A stretch of 31,804 bases of DNA from positions 1 to 31,804 of the forward strand of contig JADQBO010000484.1 in the NCBI GenBank assembly GCA_016278585.1, in the 5' to 3' direction. Origin of the DNA: Desulfosporosinus sp. (lineage in GTDB: Bacteria; Bacillota; Desulfitobacteriia; Desulfitobacteriales; Desulfitobacteriaceae). Below, one piece after another: positions 27,078 through 31,804 of this stretch (within the stretch, counting starts at the first letter, position 1; each line of letters starts with the position of its first letter). A model generated the notes under the pieces. The model was not told the origin of the DNA. It saw only the letters and a program-made list of their open reading frames with translations, and made no database searches. The position numbers and the translations under genes were made by a program.

Positions 27078-28265
27078 TTAAAGAACTATTAATTCTCTGG
27101 GAGTCATTGATATATACCTTGCGCCCATTTCTGCCTCAATGACAACCGTATCTTCAATCCCAACCACGCCAATGCCTGGAAAAACAAACTTGGGCTCAAT
27201 CGCAATCACCATTCCGGCCTGCAGCACCTCTTTAGCTCCTTTGCTAATTGTCGGAAGCTCATCCAGTTCAAGCCCCACCCCATGTCCAACAAAACGAACT
27301 CTACTTGTACCAAAACCCATAAAGTTCTCCTGATAAGGCGTATTATCGCAGATCCAGGATAGAATTTCTTCATAAATCTCGCCGGCAACCCTTCCTGGAA
27401 TTAAGGCACAACGTATTTTCTCTTCGACCTGCTTAGCTATCTCGTAAGCCTTCATAAGTTCATCAGATAGTGGCCCCAGGCTCAAGATTCGGGTTTGATC
27501 AATCTGATAACCATTAACAACTGACACCATATCCACAACAATTGGTTCCCCCATTTGAATTCGGTCCATTGAGGCACCATTCGGATGAGCAATGGAGATT
27601 CCTTGTCCTGCAACAGGTCCATCAAAACAGCTATTCGCTGCTGCCCGAGCCCCTGTAGTGATTGCACCAACATGGAATTCTGAACCAAATCCGCGCATTC
27701 GAACATGACCTCCGTGACCAAGAGCCCTTGCTTTACCCTCTAACAACCCTTCAAGCTCAACTTCAGTCATTCCTGGATGCAGAACCTCTTTGGCAAATTC
27801 CAGAACCAGGGGGAATATTCTGGCACTTTCTTCCAATCGCGTTAACTCCCAAGGGGATTTAACTGAACGCTGTAAGCGGATCTCTGTGGAAACATCTACG
27901 AGGGAAACTTCCGGAAATACCTTTCTATAACGTTCGAATTGGTTAACTGGGAGAACATCAAGTTCTAGGCCTAGTATGTTCGGTAAGGGTAGCCCCGCGT
28001 TTTGGATATCCTTCGGAATTTTAGACATTCCTTTGAGTTGTACTACTTCCCAAGAGCTTTCCGTTTGTGCCCTGGCAAAATCCCGATAGGCCAGAACAAT
28101 TGGCCTTCCTTCTGTTGGAATATAGACATGTACGTTTTGGGCAGTTCCAGTATAGTAGAGTGTATCTGCACGTTGGACCAAAAGTGCCCCTTCAATTCCT
28201 CTTTTAAGTAAATTAGCCTGGAAATCAGAAACTCGTTTTTGTAATTCCTCTATTGGTACTTTCAT
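27078..28265 (-). CDS. M24-family metallopeptidase (Xaa-Pro aminopeptidase/creatinase-like)
   Basis: KVPIEELQKRVSDFQANLLKRGIEGALLVQRADTLYYTGT...MGFGTSRVRFVGHGVGLELDELPTISKGAKEVLQAGMVIAIEPKFVFPGIGVVGIEDTVV. Confidence 0.93.
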   Translation of the reverse strand: MKVPIEELQKRVSDFQANLLKRGIEGALLVQRADTLYYTGTAQNVHVYIPTEGRPIVLAYRDFARAQTESSWEVVQLKGMSKIPKDIQNAGLPLPNILGLELDVLPVNQFERYRKVFPEVSLVDVSTEIRLQRSVKSPWELTRLEESARIFPLVLEFAKEVLHPGMTEVELEGLLEGKARALGHGGHVRMRGFGSEFHVGAITTGARAAANSCFDGPVAGQGISIAHPNGASMDRIQMGEPIVVDMVSVVNGYQIDQTRILSLGPLSDELMKAYEIAKQVEEKIRCALIPGRVAGEIYEEILSWICDNTPYQENFMGFGTSRVRFVGHGVGLELDELPTISKGAKEVLQAGMVIAIEPKFVFPGIGVVGIEDTVVIEAEMGARYISMTPRELIVL

Positions 28266-28376
28266 TCCTTCTCCTCCATAATAATAATATTCAGAATCTT
28301 TTATACACTATTATTATGTCCGTGTTTTCTTATAATTGCAAGCTTTTTAATTTAAGATATATTGAAAAAATTAAAA

Positions 28377-28398
28377 CCGAGCAGCTACTTCTACTCGG
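28377..28398 (-). terminator. Terminator downstream of the rubrerythrin gene
   Basis: Minus strand CCGAG...CTCGG followed by TTTTAATTTTTTC. Confidence 0.75.
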
Positions 28399-28408
28399 CT
28401 CAGATTTT

Positions 28409-28996
28409 TTAATATTTACCATGAAGTTCTTCAAAGTATCCCTGAGGGTGCGCACAAGCTGGGCATTTATCGGGGGCTTCATGTCCTTCGTGAATATAAC
28501 CGCAGTTCGTACATTTCCATAGGGTTGGTTCATCTTTATTAAAAAGTGTCCCCTTCTCAAGCTCATTTGCATAGTGTTCAAAACGAGCCATATGGTGCTT
28601 TTCGACTTCGGCAACCGTCTTAAAGACTCTAGATATATCGGGGAATTCTTCTTTTTCAGCAATAACGCCGAACTTTGAGTAGATTTCCGCCCATTCTTCT
28701 CTTTCCCCAGCCGCAGCAGCCCTTAAGTTTGTCAGAGTGTCTTTAAAAACTAGCGGATAATCTGCATCGACGTGTATGACATTTGTTTCTTCCTGGGCAT
28801 AAGCAACCAAAAGTTTATAGAACACTTTAGCATGTTCCTTTTCGTTAGCGGCTGTTTCCTCAAAAATTGTTTGGATATGTTGATATCCCTCTTTCTTAGC
28901 CACCCCTGCAAAAAAAGCATAACGATTGCGCGCTTGGGACTCACCTGCAAAAGCATCGCTTAGATTCTTAAACGTTTCGGTTTCTGAGAACTTCAT
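28409..28996 (-). CDS. Rubrerythrin
   Basis: ETFKNLSDAFAGESQARNRYAFFAGVAKKEGYQHIQTIFEETAANEKEHAKVFYKLL...WKCTNCGYIHEGHEAPDKCPACAHPQGYF. Confidence 0.97.
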   Translation of the reverse strand: MKFSETETFKNLSDAFAGESQARNRYAFFAGVAKKEGYQHIQTIFEETAANEKEHAKVFYKLLVAYAQEETNVIHVDADYPLVFKDTLTNLRAAAAGEREEWAEIYSKFGVIAEKEEFPDISRVFKTVAEVEKHHMARFEHYANELEKGTLFNKDEPTLWKCTNCGYIHEGHEAPDKCPACAHPQGYFEELHGKY

Positions 28997-29162
28997 GCTT
29001 CACACTCCTTTTTTCATAGTGTTTTCTCAGCTAGGTTACTTTATGCCTACTAAATCAAGTTTTAAAACAAATAACTTCGGATGGAGCAAAACTCCCACCC
29101 GAAGTAAATTTCTAAACTACTATGTCATTAGACTTCTAAGAATATTGAAGGGTGTCTAATTT

Positions 29163-29426
29163 TCAACCCCCTGCTGATAGAAAGCGAAAGCGAAAGGCCT
29201 TCACGATTTCCGGCCAGTCCTCCTCCTCAACTCGAAATGTAACTTGAGTTGCCGGAATTTGAATGGATCCTAAGGTACAAAACCATGCCTCACTCAAGTC
29301 TACTTCCCAGTTCGGACCAAGATACGTCCCCTTCCCATCCCACTTTCCTCCAATTGAGAGAAAATACTCTGCCAAATCTCGGCGGGGCATTCCTCTCATC
29401 TCCAGAGAAAATTCTTTGATTCCCAT
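29163..29426 (-). CDS. Hypothetical protein, possibly related to MoaD-associated C-terminal domains
   Basis: MGIKEFSLEMRGMPRRDLAEYFLSIGGKWDGKGTYLGPNWEVDLSEAWFCTLGSIQIPATQVTFRVEEEDWPEIVKAFRFRFLSAGG; the family suggestion is weak. Confidence 0.65.
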   Translation of the reverse strand: MGIKEFSLEMRGMPRRDLAEYFLSIGGKWDGKGTYLGPNWEVDLSEAWFCTLGSIQIPATQVTFRVEEEDWPEIVKAFRFRFLSAGG

Positions 29427-29476
29427 CGTTCCCGCTCCCCTTCTAAGGATCAAGGTCTCACCTAGACCTATCTTCA

Positions 29477-29791
29477 TTAATTGACCTTATTAAATCCATC
29501 TATCAAATGCCTTATTGCCGCAATTGGATGAACATATATCATCTTAGGTCCTGAATAATGCATTATCTCTCTAATTCTTTTACGCATTTGAGGTTTATAA
29601 CAATGGACTGGGCATTTACCACAGGTTGGTTTACCCCCTCCAAATTTGCAATGGACGAGACGATTCATAGCATATTGTTCTAGTTCTTGGCATTCTGAAC
29701 ATAGTTCTCTATCAGAGTCGTGATGACCTTTACAATAGAGCCGAATCATTTTCCGTACGGTCATTTTTTCTCGCTCTAATCTATTGGACAT
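29477..29791 (-). CDS. YgbA-like protein (nitrous oxide-stimulated promoter family)
   Basis: SNRLEREKMTVRKMIRLYCKGHH...LCSECQELEQYAMNRLVHCKFGGGKPTCGKCPVHCYKPQMRKRIREIMHYSGPKMIYVHP matches the Cys-rich family pattern. Confidence 0.88.
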   Translation of the reverse strand: MSNRLEREKMTVRKMIRLYCKGHHDSDRELCSECQELEQYAMNRLVHCKFGGGKPTCGKCPVHCYKPQMRKRIREIMHYSGPKMIYVHPIAAIRHLIDGFNKVN

Positions 29792-29967
29792 TATAACTCG
29801 CTCCCTTCCTCTTACCCATTTCCCTAAAGAATGATAGTCTTAATGAGCAAACGGTATAAACAGACCGAGTATAAACCAATCTTCGTCTCTCCTTCTTATC
29901 CATGAGGAGCTAACTGCTACTTATCCCCTGTTAAAGGATTTCCTTACATACTTTACTTCTATCAAGT

Positions 29968-30882
29968 TTATTTACTGAACATATTTAAAAATTCCTGGGG
30001 AATATCTGTCTCATAACGGACTTCTTCCCCCGTGATCGGATGCTTAAAGGCTAACACCCTAGCATGAAGTCCTAACCGAGCAATCGGGTGTTTAGTCGCT
30101 CCATACTTCTTATCCCCAATTACACTGTGCCCTATATCTTTCATATGAACCCGAATTTGATTTTTTCGACCAGTTTCAAGCTTTACCTCCAGTAAGGAGT
30201 AGTGTTTATTCTTTTTAAGAACTCGATAGTGAGTTATTGCTTTTTGTCCCTCGTTAGGGGTACGACTAGAGTACATAATGAACGCTTTACTCTCAGTCAG
30301 CCAAGAAATAATCGTTCCTTCCTCTTTAGACACCGAACCTTCTACTACTACAACATAGGTTCGCTCTAAAACAGTTTCCTTCCATGCTTTTTGCAGTAAT
30401 TGCTGTACTTGTTCGCTTTTTGCGAACATCATCACCCCTGAAGTCTCTCGATCAAGACGATGCAGTACAAATATCTTATTCTTTGGGTCCCTTTTCTTTA
30501 CATGCTCACTCAGGATACTATAGGCAGTTTGCTCCTTTTCAGTCTCAGTTGCTATGGAGAGTAGTCCAGCTTGTTTTTCAATAATAATAATATATGGATC
30601 TTCAAACACAATATTTAGGCCTTGGGGTTGCTCTTCTATCAGAACTTTAGCCCAATTTACAGCCACCTGTTGACCTTTTACGAGTGGATGATTAAATTGC
30701 GTGATGACTTCATTGTTTACTGAAATTTGCCGATGAGCCAGCAGAGATTTGATCTCCTTCCGGCTTTTAGTGGAAAGTTTAGCCATTAAAAACTTCATTA
30801 GCTCGGCTGGTTCAGTTACCTCTAGATACGTACGTTTTTCCTTTTCTGTATTCGATTTGTAGTTTAATTTACCACTATTCAT
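29968..30882 (-). CDS. RluA-family pseudouridine synthase with S4 domain
   Basis: S4 part LSTKSRKEIKSLLAHRQISVNNEVI; catalytic HRLDRETSGVMMFAKS; RKNQIRVHMKDIGHSVIGDKKYG; LGLHARVLAFKHPITGEE. Confidence 0.95.
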   Translation of the reverse strand: MNSGKLNYKSNTEKEKRTYLEVTEPAELMKFLMAKLSTKSRKEIKSLLAHRQISVNNEVITQFNHPLVKGQQVAVNWAKVLIEEQPQGLNIVFEDPYIIIIEKQAGLLSIATETEKEQTAYSILSEHVKKRDPKNKIFVLHRLDRETSGVMMFAKSEQVQQLLQKAWKETVLERTYVVVVEGSVSKEEGTIISWLTESKAFIMYSSRTPNEGQKAITHYRVLKKNKHYSLLEVKLETGRKNQIRVHMKDIGHSVIGDKKYGATKHPIARLGLHARVLAFKHPITGEEVRYETDIPQEFLNMFSK

Positions 30883-31082
30883 AACGTGTTCCCCTTTATC
30901 CTAATCAGCTTTGACTTTTCACTAAATTACTCCCAATTCTACCAGTTACCGCTAACCTGGTCAATGAACTACTTTTTATCTAGAGATCTACCCCTAATAA
31001 TACCCAAATTGTATGTTACGTAACGTTTTATATAAAAGAAAATAGATTTATTTTATGGTTTATACAAATATTGCAAAAAGAA

Positions 31083-31106
31083 AAAGGGCCATATCAATGG
31101 CCCTTT
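31083..31106 (-). terminator. Terminator downstream of the malic enzyme gene
   Basis: AAAGGGCC-ATTGATAT-GGCCCTTT followed by TTCTTTTTG on the minus strand. Confidence 0.85.
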
Positions 31107-31126
31107 GTTAGCGTAATAGCATAATC

Positions 31127-31804
31127 TTATTTATATTGGTTCGCCAATCTTTTCTTAAGATTTTCAGCTACCCATGTTGGATCAACCGGGTTTCTAGCAA
31201 TTCCGCTTTCAATAGCAGCCTTAGCTGTAGCAGCAGCAACAGCTGGGGCTACTTCTGGGTTCAAAGTACTAGGCATGATAAAGCTAGCATTGAGTTCTTC
31301 AGGGGAGACACAATCTGCAATAGCTTTTGCTGCTGCAATCTTCATTGCGTCATTGATGTCAGTGGCTCTAACATCGATAGCGCCTCTGAACATCCCCGGG
31401 AAGGCTAAAACGTTGTTAACTTGGTTAATCACATCAGATCGACCCGTAGAAATGACAGCGGCACCTGCTTCAATAGCTCTCTCAATCGGCCAAATTTCTG
31501 GAATTGGGTTAGCTTGACAGAAGACAATAGAATCCTTTGCCATTGATTTAATCATATCCTCAGTAAGAACGTCTGCTGCTGATACACCGATGAACACGTC
31601 TGCACCTACGAGTGCACCCGCAAGATCACCGCTATATTTATCAGGATTAGTTGCTGCAGCAATTTGTTCTTTCCAGGGATTCATCCCCACTGTTCGACCT
31701 TGATAAATTGCCCCTTTGGTGTCACACATAATTACATTTTCAAGACCAACACTCATTAAAAGTTTTATAATTGCGATTCCAGCTGCTCCTGCACCATTTG
31801 CGAC
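31127..31804 (-). CDS. NAD(P)-dependent malic enzyme, C-terminal portion (gene runs off the right edge)
   Basis: VANGAGAAGIAIIKLLMSVGLENVIMCDTKGAIYQGRTVGMNPWKEQIA...GADVFIGVSAADVLTEDMI...CQANPIPEIWPIERAIEAGAAVISTGRSDVINQVNNVLAFPGMFRGAIDVRA; the ORF-track start at 31756 is internal. Confidence 0.95.
   Translation of the reverse strand, partial: VANGAGAAGIAIIKLLMSVGLENVIMCDTKGAIYQGRTVGMNPWKEQIAAATNPDKYSGDLAGALVGADVFIGVSAADVLTEDMIKSMAKDSIVFCQANPIPEIWPIERAIEAGAAVISTGRSDVINQVNNVLAFPGMFRGAIDVRATDINDAMKIAAAKAIADCVSPEELNASFIMPSTLNPEVAPAVAAATAKAAIESGIARNPVDPTWVAENLKKRLANQYK

Noticed and set aside
27139-27862. Plus and alternative-frame minus ORFs within the M24 peptidase (27139..27333, 27206..27388, 27482..27721, 27662..27862)
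   Set aside because: Nested in a well-supported coding gene with no independent features.
28330-28956. Minus-strand ORFs 28330..28662 and 28750..28956 in another frame of rubrerythrin
   Set aside because: Frame-shadow ORFs overlapping the clear rubrerythrin gene and its terminator.
1-31804. Possible CRISPR array, prophage, transposase, toxin-antitoxin or defence island
   Set aside because: No regularly spaced repeats, transposase, integrase, phage structural protein, or defence-related domain was seen. The window is conserved housekeeping synteny with small hypothetical genes only.

Overview
This 31.8 kb window is Gram-positive, most likely from a Peptococcaceae-type clostridium (Desulfitobacterium/Desulfosporosinus-like; inferred from protein similarity recalled from memory). 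It is almost entirely housekeeping sequence on the minus strand. Reading left to right: rpoB (5' part), rplL, rplJ with L10-leader, rplA, rplK, nusG, secE, rpmG, tRNA-fMet, tRNA-Thr, sigH, rlmB, thyX, mrnC, cysS, cysE with a Cys T-box, gltX, ispF, ispD, a PIN/TRAM membrane protein, carD, a plus-strand small cysteine-containing protein, rubredoxin, a BcrA/HgdC-type ATPase with an HgdB/YjiM-type protein, a Spo0E-like small ORF absent from the ORF track, a RadA-like gene, clpC, mcsB, mcsA, ctsR, an M24 peptidase, rubrerythrin, a YgbA-like protein, an RluA-family pseudouridine synthase and a malic enzyme fragment. I found no convincing new multi-gene defence or mobile system. The observations most worth a second look are: (1) an apparent 1-nt insertion that frameshifts rpmG; (2) a stand-alone HgdB/YjiM-like protein plus activator pair (double-cubane cluster protein type) next to a CX4C rubredoxin; (3) a divergent RadA with an altered P-loop in the clpC-radA position; (4) a 104-nt cysE/cysS coding overlap below a T-box; (5) several long perfect hairpins and one unexplained inverted-repeat element.
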